Assembly (NCBI GenBank): GCA_903933585.1
Contig: CAIZKO010000107.1
Location: forward strand, 1-57,063
Direction: 5' to 3'
DNA: 57,063 nt
From: an uncultured Actinomycetes bacterium
Lineage (GTDB): Bacteria > Actinomycetota > Actinomycetes > Nanopelagicales > Nanopelagicaceae
Shown here: positions 18,863 to 28,901 of the stretch, in pieces
Position numbering within the stretch: the first letter of the stretch is position 1
How the letters are laid out: each line of letters opens with the position of its first letter
Notes under the pieces: model-generated
The model's database searches: none
Seen by the model: the letters and a program-made list of their open reading frames with translations, nothing else
What the model was told of the DNA's origin: nothing
Position numbers and translations under genes: made by a program

Positions 18863-20472
18863 AGTTATTCGCGGGCGCTCCAGGATGGACGACCAAGGCC
18901 GATGTCATCGTGATCGGATCTGGGGTTGCTGGATTAACTACGGCTCTCAACGCACGCGCCGCCAATCTCTCTGTGCTCCTTGTAACGAAAGCGCTGATCG
19001 ATGAAGGTTCGACGAAATGGGCACAGGGCGGAATAGCGGCAGCACTTGGACCCGGAGATACCCCAGAGGAACATCGAGAAGATACCTTGATAGCCGGTGC
19101 AGGTCTCTGTGATATCGATGCGGTAAATGTATTAGTCACCGAAGGACCAGAAGCAGTTCGCAAGTTAATTGCACGTGGTGCCGTCTTTGATAAAGCAGAG
19201 AGCGGCGAGATCGCACTTACCCGCGAAGGTGGTCATCATCGCAATCGCATATTGCACGCGGGTGGTGATGCAACAGGGGCGGAAGTATCACGCGCACTGT
19301 TAGCTGCGGTACACAACGACTCGGGAATTGAGGTCATCGAACATGCCTTGGTGATCGATGCCTTGCTGTCATCTGATGGGCGTGTATGCGGCGTAACTCT
19401 CCATGTAATTGGCGCTGGTTCAAGTACCGGCGTTGGCCGAGCGCTAGCGCGAGCAGTTGTAATTGCAACAGGTGGACTGGGGCAGGTGTATTCGCAGACC
19501 ACCAACCCTTCGGTCTCTACTGGTGATGGAGTGGCGCTTGCCTTGCGCGCAGGAGCAGCCGTCGCAGATGTCGAATTCATCCAATTTCATCCCACTGTTT
19601 TATGGCGCGATAGATCAGCGGCGGGTCAACAACCGCTCATTAGTGAGGCGGTTCGCGGTGAGGGCGCGATCCTACTCAACCACCGCGGTGAGAAATTTAT
19701 GGCGGCGGTACATCCGCAGGCCGATCTGGCCCCGCGGGATATTGTTGCGAAAGAGATTTTTAATCAGATGCGCGAAGCACACGTTCCTCATATGTGGCTT
19801 GATGCGACCGCTGTCAAAGACTTTGTGGGTCGATTCCCCACGATCTATGCCTCATGTATGGCTAACGGTATTGATCCTAAAGTACAGCTGATTCCAGTTG
19901 CTCCGGCTTCGCACTATGCATCCGGCGGAGTTTTAGTGGATCTCAACGGCGAGAGTTCAGTTCCAGGACTTTATGTTTGCGGTGAGAGCGCATGTACTGG
20001 TGCGCATGGTGCGAACCGCCTCGCTTCTAATTCACTTCTCGAAGGGCTGGTCTTTGGCGCTCGCATCTCAGAACATATTGCTGCACATCTAGCGGAGCAG
20101 TCGGAACCCGTCGATGACATTGATGAAGCGCGAATATTAATAGACCCCTCGATTCGCATCCCCTTGCAACTTGCTATGAGCGAAGGCGCTGGAGTTATGC
20201 GCTCGGAGAAAAGCTTGCGCGCCACTCTAGCCACGCTCGAGCAACTTGGTACGCGCCACACCGCTGAGCCTGGGGTAGATGCTTGGGAGGTTTCGAACCT
20301 TTACTTCCTGGCAACCGCCATTGTTCGATCTGCATTGGAGCGAGAAGAGTCGCGCGGCTCGCATTGGCGTAGTGATTTCTTGGAAACTCGCCATGTCTGG
20401 GAGAAGAGAATTATCCAGAAGTTAGATAAGAGTGGCCGATGGAGTACAACTTTCGAAGCGGTGAAACAATGA
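18859..20472 (+). CDS. nadB: L-aspartate oxidase
   Basis: FAD-binding VIVIGSGVAGL and ...ESRGSHWRSDF.... ATG 18859 overlaps the panC stop (ATGA). The ORF-track start at 18808 lies inside panC. Confidence 0.9.
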   Translation: MKLFAGAPGWTTKADVIVIGSGVAGLTTALNARAANLSVLLVTKALIDEGSTKWAQGGIAAALGPGDTPEEHREDTLIAGAGLCDIDAVNVLVTEGPEAVRKLIARGAVFDKAESGEIALTREGGHHRNRILHAGGDATGAEVSRALLAAVHNDSGIEVIEHALVIDALLSSDGRVCGVTLHVIGAGSSTGVGRALARAVVIATGGLGQVYSQTTNPSVSTGDGVALALRAGAAVADVEFIQFHPTVLWRDRSAAGQQPLISEAVRGEGAILLNHRGEKFMAAVHPQADLAPRDIVAKEIFNQMREAHVPHMWLDATAVKDFVGRFPTIYASCMANGIDPKVQLIPVAPASHYASGGVLVDLNGESSVPGLYVCGESACTGAHGANRLASNSLLEGLVFGARISEHIAAHLAEQSEPVDDIDEARILIDPSIRIPLQLAMSEGAGVMRSEKSLRATLATLEQLGTRHTAEPGVDAWEVSNLYFLATAIVRSALEREESRGSHWRSDFLETRHVWEKRIIQKLDKSGRWSTTFEAVKQ

Positions 20473-21302
20473 GTGAATCCTTAAATAAGTTAATTGAACT
20501 CGCCATCGCAGAAGATTTGGATGGAGGGGTCGATATAACCTCCAATGCCACCATCCCTGCAGATCAAGCGAGCGTGGCGCAGTTCGTGAATCGACAACCG
20601 GGAGTTGTCGCGGGTACCTCGGTCGCTATTGCAGTCCTTAACTTCGTCGGCGTTACCAACATCTCGTTATTGGTTGCAGATGGTCACCTCGTTCCAGCGG
20701 GTACGGTTATTTTGGAGGCTCGGGGAAATACCAGAGCGCTGTTATTAGCTGAGCGGACCGCACTTAACTTCTTAACTCATTTGAGCGGGATTGCCACTGA
20801 AACCAGAACGTGGGTCGAAGCCGTGACTGGTACGCACTGTCAGATTCGAGATACCCGCAAAACCACCCCTGGCTGGAGAGTTTTGGAGAAGGCGGCGGTA
20901 AGAGCTGGGGGAGGAACGAGTCATCGCTTCTCGCTCTCAGATGCTGCGCTGATTAAGGACAATCACATCGTGGCGGCTGGCGGAGTTCTCAAGGCTTTTC
21001 AACTCGTGCGAAAGCAGTTTCCAGATAAAGAGATTGAGGTCGAAGTAGATAATTTCGAGCAACTACATGAAGTCTTAAGCGCAAAACCTGATTTGATCCT
21101 GCTCGATAATATGTCACCCGAACTTTGTAAGGAAGCGGTCGCAATGGTGGCGGGTAGGGTGAAGCTAGAAGCCTCAGGTGGAATTACCTTGGCGAACGCT
21201 TTGCAATATGCGAAGAGCGGTGTCGATTACCTCGCCGTAGGTGCGTTGACTCATTCGGCTAAGGCGCTAGACATCGGCCTCGACTTAAAGATGGGAATCT
21301 AG
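20469..21302 (+). CDS. nadC: nicotinate-nucleotide diphosphorylase (quinolinate phosphoribosyltransferase)
   Basis: ...IRDTRKTTPGWR..., ...LIKDNH.... ATG 20469 overlaps the nadB stop (ATGA). Confidence 0.9.
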   Translation: MSESLNKLIELAIAEDLDGGVDITSNATIPADQASVAQFVNRQPGVVAGTSVAIAVLNFVGVTNISLLVADGHLVPAGTVILEARGNTRALLLAERTALNFLTHLSGIATETRTWVEAVTGTHCQIRDTRKTTPGWRVLEKAAVRAGGGTSHRFSLSDAALIKDNHIVAAGGVLKAFQLVRKQFPDKEIEVEVDNFEQLHEVLSAKPDLILLDNMSPELCKEAVAMVAGRVKLEASGGITLANALQYAKSGVDYLAVGALTHSAKALDIGLDLKMGI

Positions 21303-22091
21303 ATGCTCCTCACTATCGATGTAGGAAATACAAATACCGTGCTCGGTGCATTTGATGGCGACACGTTGATTCGCTCTTGGCGGGTTAAGACCGACCCACG
21401 CGACACTGCTGATGAGTTGTGGTTGCAGTACCGCGCCTTGCTCGATGGGATTGATATTGACGGACTCTCGATCTGTTCGACAGTTCCGGCAACGCTGCGC
21501 GAACTCCGTAATATGATCACGCGGTACTTCAACGAGATTCCGGTGACGATCGTAGAACCTGGAATCAAGACCGGCGTGCCTTTGCTCGTCGATAATCCTA
21601 AGGAGATTGGTGCGGACCGCATAGTAAATACCCTCGCCGCTCACACGCTCTTTGGCTCTGCCGGACCCTGCATTGTGGTTGATTTTGGAACCTCCACGAA
21701 CCTTGATGTGGTCTCTCCCAAAGGAGAATTTCTCGGAGGAGCCTTAGCTCCCGGAATTGAGATCTCGGTTGATGCTTTAGCAGCGCGAGCCGCGCAACTT
21801 CGCAAGGTAGAACTCATTAAACCCAAATCGGTAATCGGCAAGAACACGGTCGAAGCTCTGCAATCAGGGACTATCTATGGCTTCGCTGGCCAAGTTGATG
21901 GACTAGTCACCAGAATTATCGAAGAGTTGGAGATTCTCTATCCGCAGGCAGGTCGAACCACAGTAATTGCAACCGGCGGGCTGGCCCCACTTGTCCTCGG
22001 TATTAGCGAAACTATCGATACCCATGAGCCCGACCTGACTCTCTTAGGGCTGGCGATGGTTTTTGACCGCAATTCAAGCGGTAATAACTAG
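21303..22091 (+). CDS. coaX: type III pantothenate kinase
   Basis: LLTIDVGNTNTVLG and an ASKHA fold. The start codon directly abuts the nadC stop. Confidence 0.9.
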   Translation: MLLTIDVGNTNTVLGAFDGDTLIRSWRVKTDPRDTADELWLQYRALLDGIDIDGLSICSTVPATLRELRNMITRYFNEIPVTIVEPGIKTGVPLLVDNPKEIGADRIVNTLAAHTLFGSAGPCIVVDFGTSTNLDVVSPKGEFLGGALAPGIEISVDALAARAAQLRKVELIKPKSVIGKNTVEALQSGTIYGFAGQVDGLVTRIIEELEILYPQAGRTTVIATGGLAPLVLGISETIDTHEPDLTLLGLAMVFDRNSSGNN

Positions 22092-22111
22092 CGCGGTAGA
22101 CTCCTCGGATT

Positions 22112-23611
22112 ATGAGCGAGCAGATTATTGAAGATGACCTCCCGGAGCAATTGCGGATTCGCCGCGAGAAGCGCGCTGCTATCTTGGCTCGTGGCGGCGA
22201 GGCCTACCCAGTAGCCGTTCCGCGCACCGCCTCACTTAAAGAGATTCGGGAGCGTCATGCCGGTCTGGAGATTGATGTAGCAACTGGAATTGAAGAGAGC
22301 CTCTCTGGCCGCGTCATATTCAAGCGCGATACCGGAAAACTCTGCTTTGCAACGCTGCGCGAAGGAGATGGCACCGAGTTACAGGCGATGTTCTCACTCG
22401 ACAAAGTTGGCACCGAAGTTTTGGATCAATGGAAGAGCGATATAGATATTGGTGATCTTGTAAGTGTCACCGGTGAAATTATTACCTCAAAGCGCGGGGA
22501 GTTATCCATTCTTGCAAACTCCTATCAACTCGCAGCCAAATCTCTCCGCCCGCTTCCCGTAGAACACAAGCCGCTCTCCGAAGAGACGCGAGTTCGGATG
22601 CGTTATGTCGATCTTATTGTCCGCCCCGAAGCGCGTTTTAACGCACGTCTGCGCCCCCAGGTAATGAAATCTCTCCGTGATTCATTTGGGTCCCGTGACT
22701 TTATCGAGGTTGAAACTCCTATGTTGCAAGTCATGCACGGTGGCGCTGCTGCTCGGCCATTCAAGACTCATAGCAATGCTTACGATATGGAACTCTTTTT
22801 GCGTATCGCCCCCGAGCTCTTCTTAAAGCGCTGCGTTGTTGGCGGCCTAGAGCGAGTCTTTGAAATTAATCGCAATTTTAGAAATGAAGGGGCAGATTCA
22901 AGCCATTCTCCGGAGTTTGTCATGATTGAGGCTTATCAGTCGTATGGTGATTGGGATTCGATTGCAGAACTCACCCGCAATTTAGTTCAAGAGTCAGCAA
23001 TGGCGGTCTTTGGCTCTCATGTTGTTACTCACGCTGACGGTCGCGAATTAGATCTCGGTGGTAGTTGGCGCGAGGCGAATCTCTTCGATCTCATCTCAGA
23101 GGGCGTTGGTGAAGTTGTTACACCACAAGCATCACAGGAAGACCTCAAAAAGATTGCAACCAAGCTTGGGATGAAGATCGATCCCAAGTGGGTTACCGGA
23201 AAGTTGGCCGAAGAGATCTTCGAGCATGTGACCGCTGGTCAACTCAATGAGCCGATTTTTGTACGGGGCTACCCTGTAGATACTTCTCCGCTGGTCCGCG
23301 CGCACCGCACAACCCCGGGCTTGGTGGAAAAGTGGGATCTCTATATTGAAGGCTTCGAACTAGCCACCGGCTATTCAGAGTTGATTGACCCAGTCATTCA
23401 GCGCGATCGCTTAATAGAGCAGGCTGCTCTCGGCGCTAAGGGAGATGTTGAGGCGATGAACCTCGATGAAGATTTCTTGCGCGCGATGGAATATGGAATC
23501 CCCCCTATGGGCGGAATGGGCATGGGAGTTGATCGGCTCCTGATGGCGCTGACGGGTCTCGGAATTCGCGAAACCATCCTCTTCCCACTCGTAAAGCCGG
23601 AGGAGCAATGA
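22112..23611 (+). CDS. lysS: lysine--tRNA ligase (class II)
   Basis: N-terminal OB-fold region. Class II motifs ...NRNFRNEG... and ...GGMGMGVDRL.... Confidence 0.95.
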   Translation: MSEQIIEDDLPEQLRIRREKRAAILARGGEAYPVAVPRTASLKEIRERHAGLEIDVATGIEESLSGRVIFKRDTGKLCFATLREGDGTELQAMFSLDKVGTEVLDQWKSDIDIGDLVSVTGEIITSKRGELSILANSYQLAAKSLRPLPVEHKPLSEETRVRMRYVDLIVRPEARFNARLRPQVMKSLRDSFGSRDFIEVETPMLQVMHGGAAARPFKTHSNAYDMELFLRIAPELFLKRCVVGGLERVFEINRNFRNEGADSSHSPEFVMIEAYQSYGDWDSIAELTRNLVQESAMAVFGSHVVTHADGRELDLGGSWREANLFDLISEGVGEVVTPQASQEDLKKIATKLGMKIDPKWVTGKLAEEIFEHVTAGQLNEPIFVRGYPVDTSPLVRAHRTTPGLVEKWDLYIEGFELATGYSELIDPVIQRDRLIEQAALGAKGDVEAMNLDEDFLRAMEYGIPPMGGMGMGVDRLLMALTGLGIRETILFPLVKPEEQ

Positions 23612-24105
23612 CGTTAGTTATTCGCCCGGCGCGCACCTCTGATATTAAAGCGATCCATTCGATCATCGACACCTACGTTCTCGGACGTCGCCTGCTGGCT
23701 AAAGAGACTGTCACTCTTTATGAAACAGTCCAAGAGTTCACCGTCGCGGAGTTCGACGGGGAGGTCGTTGGCTGTGGAGCGTTGCACGTCCTCTGGGAAG
23801 ATCTCGCCGAAGTCCGGACCGTCGCCGTCTTGGAGAAGATGCGCGGCAAAGGGGTTGGCAATGCGCTTATCGCCAATATCGTTGATCGGGCCCGCACCCT
23901 GGGAGTAGCGCGAATATTCTGTCTGACATTTGAGACCGATTTCTTTGGCAGAAATGGCTTTGAGATTATCGAGGGCACCCCGGTAGACCACGAGGTCTAT
24001 CAGCAGCTACTGCGCTCCTATGACGAGGGAATCGCCGAATTCCTCGATCTAGAGCGGGTCAAACCCAACACCCTGGGAAATACCAGAATGCTGCGAATCC
24101 TCTAA
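23608..24105 (+). CDS. GNAT amino-acid N-acetyltransferase, short-form N-acetylglutamate-synthase-like
   Basis: Single GNAT domain (RGKGVGNALI acetyl-CoA loop). The ends, ...TLYETVQEF.VAE... and ...YDEGIAEFLDLERVKPNTLGNTRML, resemble from memory the single-domain mycobacterial NAGS (Rv2747 type). ATGA overlap with the lysS stop. Confidence 0.55.
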   Translation: MTLVIRPARTSDIKAIHSIIDTYVLGRRLLAKETVTLYETVQEFTVAEFDGEVVGCGALHVLWEDLAEVRTVAVLEKMRGKGVGNALIANIVDRARTLGVARIFCLTFETDFFGRNGFEIIEGTPVDHEVYQQLLRSYDEGIAEFLDLERVKPNTLGNTRMLRIL

Positions 24106-24150
24106 AATTCAGCTGCGCGGGCATAAATCTCAGCAAATCCGCGTTACAGG

Positions 24151-24156
24151 TAGGCT
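24151..24156 (+). promoter_or_regulatory. -10-like hexamer TAGGCT in the clpC upstream region (leadered; an SD follows)
   Basis: TAGGCTaatcc..., 31 nt before ATG 24188. GAAGG SD sits close to the start. Confidence 0.3.
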
Positions 24157-24187
24157 AATCCTAAGTAAGTAGAAAGAAGGTGCCCCC

Positions 24188-26689
24188 ATGTTTGAGCGCT
24201 TTACAGATAGAGCTCGCCGCGTAGTTGTTCTCGCGCAAGAAGAAGCTCGTATGCTCAATCACAATTACATCGGCACCGAGCACATTCTCTTGGGTCTTAT
24301 CCACGAGGGTGAAGGCGTTGCTGCAAAGGGTCTAGAAGCCCTAGGTATCTCCTTAGAGGCGGTGCGCTCGCAGGTCGAAGAGATTATCGGCCAGGGTCAA
24401 CAAGCCCCATCAGGCCATATCCCATTTACGCCACGCGCCAAGAAGGTTCTCGAACTTTCGCTGCGCGAAGCGCTACAACTCGGTCATAACTACATTGGTA
24501 CCGAACATATTCTTCTAGGTTTGATCCGCGAAGGTGAAGGCGTTGCTGCACAGGTTCTTGTAAAGCTCGGCGCTGATCTCAATCGCGTACGCCAGCAAGT
24601 CATTCAGTTGCTCTCGGGCTACCAAGGTAAAGAGGCCGTTGCTCAAGGTGGTCCAGCCGAAGGCACCCCAACTACTTCGTTGGTACTCGATCAATTTGGT
24701 CGCAACCTGACGCAAGCAGCGCGCGAAGGAAAGCTAGATCCAGTTATTGGTCGCGAAAAAGAGATCGAGCGCGTAATGCAGGTTCTCTCGCGCCGCACCA
24801 AGAACAATCCAGTATTAATTGGCGAGCCTGGCGTTGGAAAGACTGCAATCGTTGAAGGTTTAGCACAAGCAATCGTTAAGGGTGATATCCCAGAGACTTT
24901 GCGCGATAAGCAACTCTATTCACTCGATCTCGGCGCACTTGTTGCCGGAAGTCGCTACCGTGGAGATTTCGAAGAGCGCCTCAAGAAGGTTCTGAAAGAG
25001 ATCCGTACTCGCGGCGATATCGTGCTCTTCATCGACGAGATTCACACTCTCGTAGGGGCTGGAGCTGCCGAAGGTGCGATTGATGCTGCCAGCATCTTGA
25101 AGCCAATGCTCGCTCGTGGCGAACTCCAGACAATCGGGGCCACAACTCTCGATGAGTATCGCAAGCACCTCGAGAAGGACGCTGCACTCGAGCGTCGCTT
25201 CCAACCTATCCAGGTTGCCGAGCCAACGCTGACGCACACCATCGAAATTCTTAAAGGTCTGCGCGATCGCTACGAAACTCATCACAAGGTTTCGATCTCT
25301 GACTCCGCAATTGTCGCTGCTGCGACCCTGGCCGATCGATATATTGCAGATCGCTTCTTGCCTGATAAAGCAATCGATTTAATCGATGAGGCGGGTTCCA
25401 GACTTCGTATCCGTCGAATGACAGCTCCACCTGAGCTCCGTGAATTCGATGAGAAGATCGCGCGCGCTCGTAAAGATAAAGAGTCCTCGATCGATGCTCA
25501 AGATTTCGAAAAGGCCGCTTCATTCCGTGATCAAGAGAAGACTCTTATCGCTGAGAAGGTAGAACGTGAAAAGACTTGGAAAGCTGGCGATCTAGATATC
25601 GTCGCTGAGGTTGATGAAGAGTTAATCGCAGAAGTGCTTTCACACTCCACCGGTATCCCAGTCTTTAAGTTAACCGAGGAAGAGACTGCGCGTCTGCTTC
25701 GCATGGAAGATGAGCTGCACCGCCGCGTGATCGGACAAGATCAAGCGATTCGTGCGCTCTCGCAAGCCATTCGTCGTACTCGTGCTGGCCTCAAAGATCC
25801 AAAGCGCCCTGGTGGCTCCTTTATCTTCGCCGGTCCTTCCGGCGTTGGTAAGACCGAGCTATCTCGCACCTTGGCTGCCTTCCTCTTTGGCGATCAAGAT
25901 GCCTTGATTCAACTCGATATGTCGGAGTATTCGGAGAAGCACACCGCTTCCCGCCTCTTCGGTGCTCCTCCCGGTTATGTCGGTTATGACGAAGGTGGAC
26001 AGTTGACCGAGAAGGTACGTCGCAAGCCATTCTCTGTCGTTCTCTTTGATGAGATCGAGAAGGCTCACCCCGATATCTTCAACGCACTCTTACAGGTTCT
26101 CGAAGATGGTCGCCTCACCGACTCCCAAGGTCGTGTCGTTGATTTCAAGAACACCGTCATCATCATGACTACCAACCTTGGTACTCGCGATATTTCCAAG
26201 ACTATGGGTCTGGGATTCCATAACTCTGATGATGTTCTCGGAAATTACGAGCGCATGAAGCAGAAGGTAAGCGATGAGCTTAAGACGCACTTCCGTCCCG
26301 AGTTCCTCAATCGCATCGACGATATCGTGGTCTTCCATCAATTGTCCGAGGAGGAGATTGTTCAGATCGTTGATCTGATGATCGCTAATCTCGATGAGCG
26401 CCTACGCGCGAAGGATATGGGTATCGAACTCACCTTCGCAGCAAAAGCCCTCCTGGCAAAGCGCGGATATGACCCAGTTCTTGGAGCACGTCCACTGCGC
26501 CGCACCATTCAGCGCGAGATCGAGGATGTTCTATCAGAGAAGATTCTCTTTGGAGATGTGAAGCCAGGGGAGATCACCTTGGTTGATGTCGTCACCACTG
26601 ATGATAAAGAGTCGTTCACCTTCACCGGAGTTGTTAAGTCCACCATGCCAGATACACCTGGCGATTTGGCGGCGACCAGCTCTAACTAA
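24188..26689 (+). CDS. clpC: ATP-dependent Clp protease ATP-binding subunit ClpC
   Basis: Duplicated Clp_N repeats ([15 protein letters not shown] twice), two AAA+ modules ([16 protein letters not shown]) and a UVR-like linker. SD GAAGG lies upstream. Confidence 0.97.
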   Translation: MFERFTDRARRVVVLAQEEARMLNHNYIGTEHILLGLIHEGEGVAAKGLEALGISLEAVRSQVEEIIGQGQQAPSGHIPFTPRAKKVLELSLREALQLGHNYIGTEHILLGLIREGEGVAAQVLVKLGADLNRVRQQVIQLLSGYQGKEAVAQGGPAEGTPTTSLVLDQFGRNLTQAAREGKLDPVIGREKEIERVMQVLSRRTKNNPVLIGEPGVGKTAIVEGLAQAIVKGDIPETLRDKQLYSLDLGALVAGSRYRGDFEERLKKVLKEIRTRGDIVLFIDEIHTLVGAGAAEGAIDAASILKPMLARGELQTIGATTLDEYRKHLEKDAALERRFQPIQVAEPTLTHTIEILKGLRDRYETHHKVSISDSAIVAAATLADRYIADRFLPDKAIDLIDEAGSRLRIRRMTAPPELREFDEKIARARKDKESSIDAQDFEKAASFRDQEKTLIAEKVEREKTWKAGDLDIVAEVDEELIAEVLSHSTGIPVFKLTEEETARLLRMEDELHRRVIGQDQAIRALSQAIRRTRAGLKDPKRPGGSFIFAGPSGVGKTELSRTLAAFLFGDQDALIQLDMSEYSEKHTASRLFGAPPGYVGYDEGGQLTEKVRRKPFSVVLFDEIEKAHPDIFNALLQVLEDGRLTDSQGRVVDFKNTVIIMTTNLGTRDISKTMGLGFHNSDDVLGNYERMKQKVSDELKTHFRPEFLNRIDDIVVFHQLSEEEIVQIVDLMIANLDERLRAKDMGIELTFAAKALLAKRGYDPVLGARPLRRTIQREIEDVLSEKILFGDVKPGEITLVDVVTTDDKESFTFTGVVKSTMPDTPGDLAATSSN

Positions 26690-27525
26690 TCTGCTAGTCG
26701 AAAACTTTTGCCGGTGGTCTCTATGAGGCCATCGGCAACAAGTGTTTTAAGAGCCTTCTCTATCTGCGAGTTGTCGTGCCACAACTTCTTAAGTGCGCTT
26801 GGGGTTAATTTTTCATTCTCGCGCAGCGCCTGCACGATGGTGCCACGGCATTGGCGATCGGTTCCAGCCCAGCTTTGTGACTTGCGAATTAATTCCGTCG
26901 GAGGGTAGCCAGCCTTCCGCCAAGCGCATCGTCGTTGCAAAGGACAGGCCTCGCATACCGGGTTCTTAGATGTGCAGACCAGCGCGCCAAATTCCATAGT
27001 GGCTGCCGCCCATTTGGCACCTTCGGCAGGGATCAATTCGTAGCGCAGCCTGCGCTCTATCTGCGAGGGGGAGGGTGTTGGATGTTCTACTCCATCAATC
27101 ACTCGCGCAAAGAGTCTGCGGATATTTACATCAAGGACCAGAGCTGATTCACCGAAGGCAAAGGCACTGATCGCCGCCGCCGTATATTCACCGATGCCAG
27201 GCAAAGTGCGTAAATCCTCAAGCGCTCGTGGCACCTGATTGTTGAAATCTCGAGCAATTATTCCTGCTGATTCATATAAGCGCAGCGCTCTACGCGGATA
27301 GCCGAGGCGCCCCCAAGCGGTGACTACCTCAGATTTTTTTGCGAGGGAAAGGTCGAGCGCGGTCGGCCACTTGACCATCCACTGGCTCCAGATTGGAAGT
27401 ACGCGATTAACTGGAGTCTGTTGCAACATAAATTCGCTCACCATCACACCCCATGGAGTGGTGTTCCGCCAGGGGAGATCACGCTTGTTCTGATCAAACC
27501 AGTCGAGAACGACTTGCTGGTTCAC
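26686..27525 (-). CDS. mutY: A/G-specific adenine DNA glycosylase (short actinobacterial form)
   Basis: HhH-GPD core (LPGIGEYTAAAI) and a 4Fe-4S loop CTSKNPVCEACPLQRRC. Only about 80 aa follow the cluster. The GTG start overlaps the radA stop by 1 nt. Confidence 0.8.
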   Translation of the reverse strand: MNQQVVLDWFDQNKRDLPWRNTTPWGVMVSEFMLQQTPVNRVLPIWSQWMVKWPTALDLSLAKKSEVVTAWGRLGYPRRALRLYESAGIIARDFNNQVPRALEDLRTLPGIGEYTAAAISAFAFGESALVLDVNIRRLFARVIDGVEHPTPSPSQIERRLRYELIPAEGAKWAAATMEFGALVCTSKNPVCEACPLQRRCAWRKAGYPPTELIRKSQSWAGTDRQCRGTIVQALRENEKLTPSALKKLWHDNSQIEKALKTLVADGLIETTGKSFRLAD

Positions 27526-28895
27526 TAGTTGATCTTGACCTTGATAAGCGCCTGTTCGATCCGAGAGACTTCTAGAATTTCGATGCCGGGAATCTTTAAC
27601 TCGGAACCGGCAGGAACCATGGCGCGCTTAAAGCCCAATCGAGCAGCTTCGGCGATCCGTTGTTGCACGCCAGTTACTTTGCGAATTTCTCCAGCGAGAC
27701 CGACTTCGCCAACCGCAACGAGATCTGCTGGCAGCGCCAGCCCCTTTGCAGCCGAAGCCACCGAAAGTGCGACTGCGAGATCGGCGGCTGGTTCGGTAAT
27801 TTTCATTCCCCCCACAGTTGCGACATAAACATCGCGACCAGATAACCGGATGCCTGCTCGTAGCTCAAGTACAGCGAGAGTCATTGCGGTACGCGGGTTA
27901 TCCAAACCGGATGTTACGCGGCGTGCATTTCCAAAGTCGCGACCATCGGCAACTGGAATCCCGACTAGAGATTGAATTTCGGCAAGCAAGGGACGACGCC
28001 CTTCGAGAGCAACGGTCACACATGTTCCGGGAACTGGTTCGGAGTGACGACTTGTGAATAGGCCGGTGGGATCTGTTACTCCGACGATTCCAACATCTGA
28101 CATATCAAAGCAGCCAACCTCATCGGCGGCGCCGAAGCGATTCTTGGTAGCGCGGATAAGGCGGAGGCGAGAATGGCGTTCACCCTCGAAAGTTAAAACA
28201 ACATCCACGAGATGTTCAAGAATGCGTGGGCCTGCGATTGACCCATCTTTTGTAACGTGGCCGACTAATACCAAGGTGATGTTGCGCTCTTTAGTTATTC
28301 GAATGAGCGCCGCGGCAATCTCTCGTACCTGTGTGACTCCACCCGGAGCGCCTTCGACAGTGCTGCTAGATATGGTCTGCACAGAATCGATAATGAGTAA
28401 TTCAGGTTGCACAGCATCGAGATGGGCGATGATCGCGCCGAGATCATTTTCGGCAGCCAACCAGAGGCCGGGATCAATCGCTTTAAGTCGATCTGCCCGT
28501 ACGCGTATCTGTGAGGCTGATTCTTCTCCGCTTACATATAGCGCGCGCATCGCAGCCCGAGCAGATTCTGCGGCAACGGATAGTAATAAGGTGGATTTTC
28601 CGACTCCAGGCTCTCCGGTGAGCAAAATTGCCGCTCCTGGAACTAATCCGCCACCCAGCACCCGATCCAGTTCACTGACCCCGCTCGTGCGTGAGCGAGC
28701 GCTTTCGATACTTACTTCACCGATGGGAACCGCTGATTGCGAAACTGAACCGGCTACTAAAGAGAGTCGCTTAGGGGCACCGATCTCTTCGACGCTTCCC
28801 CACGCTTGGCATTCGCCGCAACGTCCTACCCATTTAGTCGAAGTCCAGCCACATTCGCTGCACCGGAAGGGATCTTTAGCTGGCGCTTTTGCCAT
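27525..28895 (-). CDS. radA: DNA repair protein RadA
   Basis: N-terminal C4 zinc ribbon CSECGW...CGEC, Walker A GEPGVGKST, KNRFG motif, Lon-like C-terminal domain. Confidence 0.95.
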   Translation of the reverse strand: MAKAPAKDPFRCSECGWTSTKWVGRCGECQAWGSVEEIGAPKRLSLVAGSVSQSAVPIGEVSIESARSRTSGVSELDRVLGGGLVPGAAILLTGEPGVGKSTLLLSVAAESARAAMRALYVSGEESASQIRVRADRLKAIDPGLWLAAENDLGAIIAHLDAVQPELLIIDSVQTISSSTVEGAPGGVTQVREIAAALIRITKERNITLVLVGHVTKDGSIAGPRILEHLVDVVLTFEGERHSRLRLIRATKNRFGAADEVGCFDMSDVGIVGVTDPTGLFTSRHSEPVPGTCVTVALEGRRPLLAEIQSLVGIPVADGRDFGNARRVTSGLDNPRTAMTLAVLELRAGIRLSGRDVYVATVGGMKITEPAADLAVALSVASAAKGLALPADLVAVGEVGLAGEIRKVTGVQQRIAEAARLGFKRAMVPAGSELKIPGIEILEVSRIEQALIKVKIN

Positions 28896-28901
28896 GATGA
28901 A

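Noticed and set aside
24106-24187. ClgR-type operator (CGC-N5-GCG) or a terminator upstream of clpC. The stretch CGCGGgcataaatctcagcaaatCCGCG caught my eye.
   Set aside because: The spacing does not fit the ClgR consensus. The 5-bp stem with an 18-nt loop is too weak to call as a terminator or an operator.
26686-27525. mutY looked truncated (279 aa, no obvious Nudix-like C-terminal domain), which raised the possibility of a pseudogene.
   Set aside because: The ORF is intact, with a complete HhH-GPD core and 4-Cys cluster. Short C-termini are, as far as I recall, normal for actinobacterial MutY (M. tuberculosis MutY is about 300 aa). It is translationally coupled to radA.
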